This document shows positions 50,173-58,835 of a stretch of 64,000 nucleotides of DNA, piece after piece. This DNA is from Thermoplasmatales archaeon I-plasma (GTDB lineage Archaea; Thermoplasmatota; Thermoplasmata; Thermoplasmatales; GCA-001856825): NCBI GenBank assembly GCA_001856825.1, contig ATMD01000001.1, positions 114,581 to 178,580 of the forward strand, given 5' to 3'. Within the stretch, counting starts at the first letter, position 1. Each line of letters starts with the position of its first letter. The notes under the pieces were generated by a model, which saw only the letters and a list, made by a program, of their open reading frames with translations, searched no databases and was not told where the DNA came from. The translations under genes and the position numbers were made by a program.

Positions 50173-51033
50173 TCAAGGAGCCTTACTACCGTTCTTCTGA
50201 AGGAACTTGATGGATTCGTAGAGAAAACTGTTGACCTTCATATCCATTCCCTCCCTTTTCCCTAGCGCAATGATCTCCCCCGTAATGGAATCGATCTCCG
50301 ACATCCTCCCCTGCTGTATGTCCTGCAGCATGCTGCTGACATTCTCAGACGTCACTGTGCATGTCTCCCTGACGTTCTTCTCTACCTCCAGATTGTACCC
50401 CATGGCAGAGAAAAGTCGTTCCAGTTCCTCTATAGCTGCAGAAGCTATCTCCCACAATTCCCTGCTCCTGATGACCTCACCATTCTTCACGCCGAAGAGA
50501 GCAGTTATGGGGTTGATGACAGCGTTTATCGCAGCTTTCCTGTAGAGTTCTTCCCTGATGTTATCGGACCAGACTGCATTTATTCCTGCATCGTTCAAGA
50601 AGGATATATCCATCCTGCCTGAATCGCTTCCCACACGGAAATACCCCCTTCCTGTAAGTTCAGCAGCGCCCCTGCCGATCTTCTTGGCCCCCCAGGTGGT
50701 CACAGCGTAAAATTTCTCCACCCCCTCCTTTTCCATCTTCAGGTGCGCGAGACCGTTCTGTATCAGAATGACCCTTCCCTTCAATTCGTGATTACTGAAA
50801 ACGTTTTCAAGGTCGTACGATTTCACTGCAACTATCGTGACGTCTGACTCCCCGATATCTTCCCTCACTTCTACAGAAAACATCTCCTCCCTACCGTCTA
50901 GTTTGAGCTTGAGACCGTTGCCATAAAGATCCCTCTCCCCCTTCCTGACTACGAGGGATACATCATTCTTCTTCCGCAAGAAGTAGGAAAGAACGATGCC
51001 CATTGATCCGGGACCAATTACGTTTATTTTCAT
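50173..51033 (-). CDS. panE: 2-dehydropantoate 2-reductase (ketopantoate reductase, ApbA/PanE family)
   Basis: MKINVIGPGSMG Rossmann start, VAVKSYDL, and C-terminal SSMLQDIQQGRMSEIDSITGEI (PanE C-domain signature). Confidence 0.8.
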   Translation of the reverse strand: MKINVIGPGSMGIVLSYFLRKKNDVSLVVRKGERDLYGNGLKLKLDGREEMFSVEVREDIGESDVTIVAVKSYDLENVFSNHELKGRVILIQNGLAHLKMEKEGVEKFYAVTTWGAKKIGRGAAELTGRGYFRVGSDSGRMDISFLNDAGINAVWSDNIREELYRKAAINAVINPITALFGVKNGEVIRSRELWEIASAAIEELERLFSAMGYNLEVEKNVRETCTVTSENVSSMLQDIQQGRMSEIDSITGEIIALGKREGMDMKVNSFLYESIKFLQKNGSKAP

Positions 51034-51623
51034 GCGGCCTTTGCTGATTCAGTCACGAGAAGCTTCTGCCCTTCCTCAAAGGCTCTCATGTTTATGTCCC
51101 AGTACCTTTCAGGAAGTGAGTCCTTGATTGCTTTTATGATACTTTCTCGTGAAAGACCCAGGATTCCAGTTGAATAGACAGCCCCGACCATTACTGTATT
51201 TGCCACCCGCTTGTTCCCAAGGCTCAGTGCAACCTGGTCTGCTTCTACATTCAGCGTGTTGTACCTGCTAAGCTCCTCCTCGATGGCGTCAGTCGGATAG
51301 TTCTGCCTCCTCAACGTCATCGATACAGGGTGGATCTTCCTCCTACTGAGCAGTATCATCCCTCCATCCTTCAGCTTCTTCAAATTCCTGACTGCCTCAA
51401 GTTCTTCAAATGCAACTATGGCATCTGCAGTATTTGCAGGGATTATGGCGCTCTTGTATTCTCCGATCCTGACCTCAACCAATATCTTTCCCCCCCTCTG
51501 GGCCATGCCGTGCAACTCGGTCATCAGGACGTTCTTTCCTTCTATCACCGCCGCCCTTCCTATTATCATAGCGACTGTTATGACACCCTGCCCGCCTACC
51601 CCTGCGAAGACGATGGAAACCAT
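51030..51623 (-). CDS. iorB: Indolepyruvate:ferredoxin oxidoreductase, beta subunit
   Basis: IVFAGVGGQGVITVAMIIGRAA...HGMAQRGG, the gamma-domain pattern of 2-oxoacid oxidoreductases. It lies directly after iorA with a 1-nt overlap. Confidence 0.85.
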   Translation of the reverse strand: MVSIVFAGVGGQGVITVAMIIGRAAVIEGKNVLMTELHGMAQRGGKILVEVRIGEYKSAIIPANTADAIVAFEELEAVRNLKKLKDGGMILLSRRKIHPVSMTLRRQNYPTDAIEEELSRYNTLNVEADQVALSLGNKRVANTVMVGAVYSTGILGLSRESIIKAIKDSLPERYWDINMRAFEEGQKLLVTESAKAA

Positions 51624-53452
51624 TAATCCATCACCTCTATCGCATTAAACGGGCAGACAAGTGGCTCTGTGCACACTGAACAGCCATCGCACAGTTCGGG
51701 ATCTATCTTCACCTTTCCATCCTCGAAGTAGAAGGCTGCGCAAGAGAAATTCTTGATGCAGTTGTAGCATTGCGTGCACTTGTCCTGATTTATCTGGAAT
51801 ATCTTCGTTTCTGATGGCGATTTCTTCCTGTCAGCCTCGAGTGCACACTCCCTCTTGCTTATTATTACCGCAAGCTCATCTGACTTCAGCGCCTTCTTGA
51901 ATGTCTCGAGTGAATTCTTAAGGTCGTACGGGTCCATCGTATATACGTTCTTTATGCCAATCCCCCTGACCACGCTCTCTATGTCGACCTTCCTGAAAGG
52001 TGGGCTCGTCTCCGGGGTTGGCTGCCCTCCAGTCATTGCAGTAATTGAATTGTCAAGTATAACAAGAACGAAGTTGTGGTTGTTGTGATATGCATTGATC
52101 AGTGCGGGTATACCAGCGTGGAAGAAGGTGCTGTCGCCTATGAAGCTTACGACCCTCTCCTTGGCACTCATCGCGTATCCACTCGATGAACCAAGTGAAG
52201 AACCCATCGAGTAACAGAAATCCCCTAGATTGTATGGTTGATAATATCCGAGGGTATAGCAGCCTATGTCGGTTGGAGCAATCGGGTTCCGGATCCCGAG
52301 CTGCTTCATTGCAAGTGTTGCAACGTAATATGAGGCACGATGAGGGCAGCCCGGGCACAGAACGGGTTCCCTTTCAGGAATGATAGTGGCAGCTGGCTTG
52401 TTTGTATTGAAAGGTATTCCGTATATGGTAGACAGGAATGAGGCCACTCTGTCAACGTCCATCTCGTAGGATGTCGGAACGCTACCGTTCAGCTTTCCGT
52501 AGAACTTCTTGTTTATTGAGTGAAGTGCGCACTCCTGTAGCACCTGTTCCTCAATGAAAGGTCCTCCTTCCTCCACGAATATGACCCTTTCTGCACCTCT
52601 GATCTCGTCGGTGATTCTTTCCAGGTCAAGGGGGAAGCTCATTCCTATCTTCATTATCCTTGCACTTGCCTTAAGCATCTGCAATGCTTCGTCTATGTAA
52701 TTGTAAGCAGCACCTGATGTGATTATGAGTGTTGATGAATCTCCATAAACGGCATCAAATCTGGTCTGGTACTTTGCAGCGGAAACATTCTCAATTCTCT
52801 TCGCTATTGACAGCTGTGCCTTGTAGGCGTTCTCAGGGAGAAGAACATATGAAGGGTCCTTCTTGTACGACCATTCATTCTTTTTCCTGATTGGTCCAAG
52901 CTTGACCGGTGCCCTTATGTGTGATATCCTTGTGACGCTTCGTATGAGAACGGGATGACCAACTTCCTCAGATACGTCAAACGCCTTGATAACGAAATCC
53001 TTCAGCTCCTGCGGGCTTGATGGCTCAACTACAATGGTCTTTGCAAATTTACCAAGGAACCTGTTGTCCTGTTCGTTTTGTGATGAGTGCATTGAAGGGT
53101 CATCTGCGGAGAAAACAACCAACCCCCCCTTCACCCCGGAGCCTGATAGGGAAACGAAAGAATCCATTGCGACATTCAGTCCAACGTGTTTCATGAAGAC
53201 GAAAGATCTCAACCCGCCTGAGGAAGCTGCAGCAGCTATCTCCAGTGCGACCTTCTCATTTGTTGCGAATTCGAACTTTATTCCCATCCTCTCTGACAGC
53301 TTGTAAAGGACGTCCCCTATCTCTGAACTGGGTGTTCCCGGGTATGTTGCTGCTACAGAAACACCTGCCTCATATAGACCCCTGGCGACTGCCTCATTTC
53401 CAAGAAGAAACTCATCCTGTCCCTGAGCATCCAGGAGAGGCTCTGATTGCAT
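51623..53452 (-). CDS. iorA: Indolepyruvate:ferredoxin oxidoreductase, alpha subunit
   Basis: 609 aa: FLLGNEAVARG...YPGTPSSEI, TPP motif FIGDSTFFHAG, and a C-terminal 2x[4Fe-4S] region (CTQCYNCIKNFSC...CDGCSVCTEPLVCP). Confidence 0.88.
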   Translation of the reverse strand: MQSEPLLDAQGQDEFLLGNEAVARGLYEAGVSVAATYPGTPSSEIGDVLYKLSERMGIKFEFATNEKVALEIAAAASSGGLRSFVFMKHVGLNVAMDSFVSLSGSGVKGGLVVFSADDPSMHSSQNEQDNRFLGKFAKTIVVEPSSPQELKDFVIKAFDVSEEVGHPVLIRSVTRISHIRAPVKLGPIRKKNEWSYKKDPSYVLLPENAYKAQLSIAKRIENVSAAKYQTRFDAVYGDSSTLIITSGAAYNYIDEALQMLKASARIMKIGMSFPLDLERITDEIRGAERVIFVEEGGPFIEEQVLQECALHSINKKFYGKLNGSVPTSYEMDVDRVASFLSTIYGIPFNTNKPAATIIPEREPVLCPGCPHRASYYVATLAMKQLGIRNPIAPTDIGCYTLGYYQPYNLGDFCYSMGSSLGSSSGYAMSAKERVVSFIGDSTFFHAGIPALINAYHNNHNFVLVILDNSITAMTGGQPTPETSPPFRKVDIESVVRGIGIKNVYTMDPYDLKNSLETFKKALKSDELAVIISKRECALEADRKKSPSETKIFQINQDKCTQCYNCIKNFSCAAFYFEDGKVKIDPELCDGCSVCTEPLVCPFNAIEVMD

Positions 53453-54334
53453 TCAACTCTGCTCCTTCTTCAGCAGGGACTCCCATCTTTCGTCCACCGC
53501 TTTCTGTACCTCTTCTACCTCATCTTCCCTGAGGTGGGCGAACCTTCCCTGCAGCGATAGGTATTCCGATACTGGTAACGTTTTCGCCGGTTTGTAGACC
53601 TTCAGCTTCCCGTCCCTGTACTCGTATAACGGGAATACCTTCGTTTCAACTGCTAGTTTGGAAATCTTCACGGTATCGGCAGAATTGTAGTACCATCCAG
53701 GTGGGCACGGCGAAAGTATCTGTATGAACTTAGGTCCCTTTATTGATTTGGCTATTGCCACCTTCCTCTCAAGGTCTTCAGGGAATCCTATTGTGGCAGT
53801 AGCCACGTAAGGAACGTTCTGTGCAATCATGAGGTCTGCAACAACCTTCTTGTTTTCCCTCTTATAGTCCCTCTTCGAACCAACAGGAGTCGTGGTTGTC
53901 CATGCCCCGTAGGGCGTGCTTCCGCTTCTCTGTATCCCTGTATTCATGTAGGCCTCGTTGTCGTACATCACGTAGAGTACGTTATGCCCTCTTTCCATCG
54001 CAGCGCTGAGCCCCTGGAGACCGATATCAGCCGTCCCTCCATCGCCTGCAAATGCAAGAACAGTGTAGTCTTCCTTTCCCTGCGCATCAAGGCCTTCCCT
54101 GAGTCCAGAAATTGACGCACCTGCGGATGCGAACGTGGTATAGATCAACGGCACCTTTAGGGCAGTATAAGGGAATTCCCCTGGTATTACGGCCCAGCAG
54201 CAAGCTGGAATTGCAACCGCACTCTTCTCGCCCGCCCCCTTTAGGACGTACCTCATGGATAGCGTGGCTCCGCATCCTGCGCAGGCTGTATGCCCCTGCA
54301 GCATTAACTCTTCCCTCGGAATCGTCAGAGGCAT
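53453..54334 (-). CDS. porB: 2-oxoacid:ferredoxin oxidoreductase, beta (TPP-binding) subunit (POR/VOR type)
   Basis: GHTACAGCG, CCWAV, TPP motif AFAGDGGTADIGLQ, and SPCPPGW. Confidence 0.88.
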   Translation of the reverse strand: MPLTIPREELMLQGHTACAGCGATLSMRYVLKGAGEKSAVAIPACCWAVIPGEFPYTALKVPLIYTTFASAGASISGLREGLDAQGKEDYTVLAFAGDGGTADIGLQGLSAAMERGHNVLYVMYDNEAYMNTGIQRSGSTPYGAWTTTTPVGSKRDYKRENKKVVADLMIAQNVPYVATATIGFPEDLERKVAIAKSIKGPKFIQILSPCPPGWYYNSADTVKISKLAVETKVFPLYEYRDGKLKVYKPAKTLPVSEYLSLQGRFAHLREDEVEEVQKAVDERWESLLKKEQS

Positions 54335-55510
54335 CTATTTCACCCCCACGTTGATCCATTCCATTTCGTTGTCCCCTTCCACAAGATTTTCAAACATCTT
54401 CTCGTAATCCTTCACTCTGATGTCCCTTCCGCCGAGGCCAACAACATAATTCCTTACAGGAACGTCAGCCCTCCTGTACAGTGCGGATACAACATCTTCG
54501 AACGTCGGACCCCTCTGGCCGTACGATACGTTCCTCTCAACAACTCCCAGTCCCTTTAGTCCCTTCACTGCCTTGAGTATCTCCTCCCCGGGGAAAGGCC
54601 TGTAGAAATACAGCCTGATCAAACCAACCTTCTGCCCCTTCTCCCTCAGCTTCCTCACTGTGTACTTTGCAGTTGATGAAATTGCACCCGCAGTGATCAA
54701 TGCGTAATCCGCATCCTCCATCATGAAATTCTCCGTAAGTCCTGGAAGATTTGCTTCAAACAGGTTGTTGAAATTGGATATCTCTTCCCTTATGATTCCT
54801 GCGGCATTGTACATGCTGTCCCTCATGTCCTTCTTCATCTCCATGAAGGGTCCGTCTGGCGCCACCAGGGAGCCGTATCCTGCAGGATTCTTGTAATCTA
54901 TCTTGAAATCAAGGTCCAGGTCACCTAGGTAGTCATGGGCAGTCTTCTCGTCTCTAATTTCCACTGGCTCTGATGTGTGGGAGAGTGTGAACGCGTCCAG
55001 CATGTTCATGAGTGGAAGCAATATCTTCTTGTTCTCTGCTATCTTGTAGCCAAGGATCACGCTGTCCATCGCCTCCTGGTTGGATTCACAGTATACCTGC
55101 ATCCATCCCGTGTCCTTCTGGTTAAACGTATCAGTCTGTTCACCCCATATGCTCCAAGGCGGTCCTATCGCCCTGTTCACAACAGACATTACAAGCGGAA
55201 CCCTCATGCCGGCGGCCCAGTGAAGGTTTTCATGCATGTATAGAATGCCGTGTGATGATGATGCGGTATAAGACCTGGCACCCGTCAGTTCGCTCGCAAT
55301 CACGGAGGCCATTGCACTGTGCTCGCTCTCCACCTCTATGTACTTTGCATCTAACTCCCCGTTTGCAACCATATCTGCGAGCTTCTCAACTATCGTAGTC
55401 TGCGGAGTTATCGGGTAAGCTGAAACCACTTTCACTTTTGAAAGCTTGACGCCTGTTGCAACTGCCTCGTTTCCCGTCATTATCCTTCTAGACGATTGAA
55501 CTGCCTCCAC
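54335..55510 (-). CDS. porA: 2-oxoacid:ferredoxin oxidoreductase, alpha subunit (POR/VOR type)
   Basis: MTGNEAVATG...AYPITPQT...EVESEHSAMA pattern, 391 aa, GTG start. Confidence 0.88.
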   Translation of the reverse strand: MEAVQSSRRIMTGNEAVATGVKLSKVKVVSAYPITPQTTIVEKLADMVANGELDAKYIEVESEHSAMASVIASELTGARSYTASSSHGILYMHENLHWAAGMRVPLVMSVVNRAIGPPWSIWGEQTDTFNQKDTGWMQVYCESNQEAMDSVILGYKIAENKKILLPLMNMLDAFTLSHTSEPVEIRDEKTAHDYLGDLDLDFKIDYKNPAGYGSLVAPDGPFMEMKKDMRDSMYNAAGIIREEISNFNNLFEANLPGLTENFMMEDADYALITAGAISSTAKYTVRKLREKGQKVGLIRLYFYRPFPGEEILKAVKGLKGLGVVERNVSYGQRGPTFEDVVSALYRRADVPVRNYVVGLGGRDIRVKDYEKMFENLVEGDNEMEWINVGVK

Positions 55511-55511
55511 C

Positions 55512-55802
55512 TTAAATCTCCTCCCTGACCATTTCTATTGCGTCGAACGGGCACTCCGTTGCGCATATTCCACAGCCCTTGCAGTGGTCGTAGTCTATTG
55601 AAGGTGCCTCCAGGGCCTTGAACCTGTCGTTAGGTGCACCGAGGCTTACATCGGTTATCAGGTCTATAGCAACGTCAGGGCAGAATTTCCAGCATATTGA
55701 GCATCTTGTGCACTTTGAATAATCTATCACTGGCCTTGATGTCCTCCAGGATGACATCACCCTCGTTGAGGAAGACAGATAAGTTACAGGAACAATCGGC
55801 AT
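55512..55802 (-). CDS. porD: 2-oxoacid:ferredoxin oxidoreductase, delta subunit (2x[4Fe-4S] ferredoxin)
   Basis: CTRCSICWKFCP and CKGCGICATECP cluster motifs, 96 aa. Confidence 0.88.
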   Translation of the reverse strand: MPIVPVTYLSSSTRVMSSWRTSRPVIDYSKCTRCSICWKFCPDVAIDLITDVSLGAPNDRFKALEAPSIDYDHCKGCGICATECPFDAIEMVREEI

Positions 55803-55804
55803 CT

Positions 55805-56350
55805 TCAGTTCAACTCCGTCTCTTCGTACGCTTCCTGGATCGCGTTTACGTTCTCCTTCTTCTTGGAAGGAACGGTGTCTGAAGTTGCATTCTTGATTGA
55901 TTGAAGGGAAACAAGGTTGCTCACCTTTGCGAATGCTCCGAGGATCGCAGTGTTGACTATGGGGTGGGAAGGATCGCCGAGGCCATTCCTGAGCGCGATG
56001 CTTGTTGCATCAACGTATCCAACCCTGTACTTCCCTGCCTCCACCAGGTCACCGGTCTTGCCGTTCACTATGATCACACCATCACTCTTCAATCCCTCAG
56101 TCACATTCACGACCTTCATCAGTGATTTGTCAAGGACCACAACTGCATCCGGCTCGTATATCTGGCTCCTGAGCTCTATCTTCTTTTCATCAATCCTCGT
56201 GAACGCAGTTACAGGTGCACCCCGTCTTTCCGTGCCAAAGAATGGAAAGGACGTCACCCACTTGCTCTCCAGAAAAGCGGCAGTAGCAAGTATCTTTGAT
56301 GCTGTGACCGCACCTTGTCCACCTCTTCCGTGGAACCTTATTTCGTACAT
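55805..56350 (-). CDS. porG: 2-oxoacid:ferredoxin oxidoreductase, gamma subunit
   Basis: [21 protein letters not shown]...FGTERRGAP. It is the first gene of the gamma-delta-alpha-beta array. A TTTTATAG element on the minus strand sits at 56382-56389. Confidence 0.88.
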   Translation of the reverse strand: MYEIRFHGRGGQGAVTASKILATAAFLESKWVTSFPFFGTERRGAPVTAFTRIDEKKIELRSQIYEPDAVVVLDKSLMKVVNVTEGLKSDGVIIVNGKTGDLVEAGKYRVGYVDATSIALRNGLGDPSHPIVNTAILGAFAKVSNLVSLQSIKNATSDTVPSKKKENVNAIQEAYEETELN

Positions 56351-56542
56351 GTGTCACACTGTTTCCAATATTGCGGGATGCTATAAAAGGATGCTGAAAT
56401 TAGTTGTACCAAAACCTGCCAAAAACCCTGGAAAATACGGACTCTTGAATGATTTTTACATATTTCTGTCATCCGAAAAACCTGTACCAAGCCTAAACAC
56501 CAGAACAATAATCATATTATCTCCCAGATTATACCAAATTGC

Positions 56543-57439
56543 ATGGACATCCGAATACTCATTGGAGAGATTGTGAAGGGTATGGGATACAGGACTTATC
56601 CAGGGTATCCGGAGGATTACATATGGGTGGATCACGGTGATGGGTCTGGGGAGGTGATCATGCTCCTGGAAAACCAGGATCTGGAGAAGGTCAGGGAGTT
56701 CTACTCATCCACCGCATCCTTCCCCGGTGAAAGATTCCTCTTCATCCTAAATGATGCAGCGAACAAGGAAATACTTTCCTACTGCAAGAGCCACAAGATA
56801 ACAGCTGTATCAAGGGATGACACCGCAAAGCTGCTAGGGAAGGCACTAATAGACATGCAACTGTCAAGGAAGGTCGAGGGGAGGCCGAGGGTCCAGGGTA
56901 CAAAGGAGGACAAGGATTTCATTCTTGTTTACCTAGAGGAGGGCAACAACCCGAGATACATCCGTCCTGTAGTAAGCGGTGAGATGATCACAAGTTCCAT
57001 AGGTCTGAAAGCAGATCTCATATTCGTACCGTTCCACTTCTTCTCCTACTCGATGAAGCTCATGGAGGGGGATAATCTGGTTGTCAAGGAGGGGAACGTG
57101 ATGGTCAACGCAGTTAACGGGAAGGCGTCAAGGTCAATAAACGGCTACGAGTTGCTTGATTCATGGCCCACTACCCACAGGGAACTTGAGTTGAAATGGG
57201 AACCACTCGCCTCAATGGAAAGGGCTAAGAGATGGATAAGCGACAGCCTTGAGACCGAAGTAGTGGAGAAGAGCGAGACAGATGCATTCATCATATATTC
57301 CAGAACAAGGGTCAAGCCGCTTGAAGACACAATCAAGGTCACTTTCATCAACACATCCTTCTATCCCATATATTCATCTCCTGCCCTGGTAATGGACGGC
57401 TTCACCGGAGAGATAAAATCCATAAACGATTTCGTGTAA
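56543..57439 (+). CDS. Hypothetical protein with N-terminal restriction-endonuclease-like region and duplicated C-terminal module
   Basis: 298-aa ORF. N-terminus: IGEIVKGMGYRTY...DYIWVD...GEVIMLLENQ...FLFILNDAANKEILSYCKSHKITAVSRDDTAKLL (Mrr-like layout). Two C-terminal repeats end in NAVNGKASRSING and DGFTGEIKSINDF. Confidence 0.55.
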   Translation: MDIRILIGEIVKGMGYRTYPGYPEDYIWVDHGDGSGEVIMLLENQDLEKVREFYSSTASFPGERFLFILNDAANKEILSYCKSHKITAVSRDDTAKLLGKALIDMQLSRKVEGRPRVQGTKEDKDFILVYLEEGNNPRYIRPVVSGEMITSSIGLKADLIFVPFHFFSYSMKLMEGDNLVVKEGNVMVNAVNGKASRSINGYELLDSWPTTHRELELKWEPLASMERAKRWISDSLETEVVEKSETDAFIIYSRTRVKPLEDTIKVTFINTSFYPIYSSPALVMDGFTGEIKSINDFV

Positions 57440-57564
57440 GATTGCTTCCAGATCAAATGCCTCTCCTCTGCAACATACTTTAAAGGATCATCGAAAGCCC
57501 GCAGATATCGGTATTCTCAGACGGAAAGGATAATAATAAGTAATTTATATTGACTGGGATATTA

Positions 57565-58104
57565 ATGCAAGAGGCAAGTGGCTCTGACTTGAAGTTTATA
57601 ATAGAATACGTGAAGCAGAGGAGAGGGATGAGTGGAGTGAGGATGTTGCTCAATAAGCTGAACACGCCGTCCATTCTCTTCACCGGACTTGGGAATATCG
57701 GCAGGACACAGATATTCCCCGAGGAAATTTACAAGAAGGTCATAGAGTCTGCAGCAGCTGTCCTCGGCGGTGACGAGAAGACGAGGCTCAACCAGCTTGG
57801 GTACGCACTCGGAGACAGGGCGAAGATGACAAAGTTCATAGCCAGATTCTCTACATCCAAGCAGCTCATCAGGCTCCTTGAGGACGGCATAATAACGGAT
57901 GTTCCATTCGTGAAATCGTCAGTCAACGATGTTTCAAAGCACATATCCATTCTGAGGATAACAGCTAGAAAGGGTGGAGACAAATTCCTCGACGTTGCTG
58001 ATGGGTACATAACAGCAGTTCTCGACCAGACTAGCAAGGAGCTGAAGATATCAGAGAAGAAGATGGGGAACGGAGAGCTTTCCTACAAATTTGTCATAGG
58101 CTAG
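57565..58104 (+). CDS. Hypothetical protein (possible small ligand-binding domain)
   Basis: 179 aa from ATG 57565 (the ORF-track TTG start is 57550). AT-rich TATA-like sequence at 57529-57550. No firm motif; there is a vague resemblance to DUF2378/H-NOX-associated type proteins. Confidence 0.5.
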   Translation: MQEASGSDLKFIIEYVKQRRGMSGVRMLLNKLNTPSILFTGLGNIGRTQIFPEEIYKKVIESAAAVLGGDEKTRLNQLGYALGDRAKMTKFIARFSTSKQLIRLLEDGIITDVPFVKSSVNDVSKHISILRITARKGGDKFLDVADGYITAVLDQTSKELKISEKKMGNGELSYKFVIG

Positions 58105-58113
58105 TGGTCATGC

Positions 58114-58833
58114 ATGAGCCTTGTCAAAGTTGAAAAAAGGGACAAGGTAGCCCGTGTAACATTGAACAGGCCCGAAAAGAAGAACGCCCTTTCTCCCGCT
58201 GTTATAGGGGAAATGGAAGGTGTGCTGAGGTCCCTGGAAAATGTTTCAGTCGTGATTGTTAGCGGCGAAGGCGGTTTCTTCTCCGCGGGAGGGGACCTGT
58301 CCGTCATGCTCTCTGCAGCCGAAGACCAGAGAAGGGAGTTCTCGAAGAGGGGCAATGACTTCATGGACTTCCTGCAGGATTTCGGTGCAATTACTATAGC
58401 GGCCATTGAAGGTGGTGCATACGGTGGCGGCCTGGAACTTGCGCTCAGCTGTGACCTGAGGGTCGCATCGTCAAAGACGAAGATGGGGTTGACGGAAATA
58501 GGTCTCGGGCTTATACCCGGCTGGGGGGGAATGAAGAGGATAGCAAGGATAGCAGGATACGGTGCTGCAAGGTACGTTGCACTTACTGGTAAGGTAATGG
58601 ACGGCAGTGAAGCCTACAGGTTAGGGATAGTGAACTACCTCTCTGACAACCCTGTTGAATATTCCAACGAACTTGCATCAGGTTTATCCCAGAAGTCATT
58701 GGACAGCATAAGGGCAATAAAGACGCTCCTCGGAACGGCCCAGTATTCGTCAGATCTGGAGGCAGACCTGTTTGGGAAGATACTGGGAACGCAGAATGCG
58801 AGAACAACCCTGGAGAAGTTCCTGAAGAAGTAA
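58114..58833 (+). CDS. Enoyl-CoA hydratase/isomerase (crotonase) family protein
   Basis: VARVTLNRPEKKNAL, oxyanion-hole region VIVSGEGGFFSAGGDL, and AAIEGGAYGGGLELALSCDLRVAS. Confidence 0.9.
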   Translation: MSLVKVEKRDKVARVTLNRPEKKNALSPAVIGEMEGVLRSLENVSVVIVSGEGGFFSAGGDLSVMLSAAEDQRREFSKRGNDFMDFLQDFGAITIAAIEGGAYGGGLELALSCDLRVASSKTKMGLTEIGLGLIPGWGGMKRIARIAGYGAARYVALTGKVMDGSEAYRLGIVNYLSDNPVEYSNELASGLSQKSLDSIRAIKTLLGTAQYSSDLEADLFGKILGTQNARTTLEKFLKK

Positions 58834-58835
58834 GA

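Noticed and set aside
55917-56576. 219-aa plus-strand ORF
   Set aside because: It is antisense to porG and runs through the por promoter region. It has no motifs and competes with a well-supported gene.
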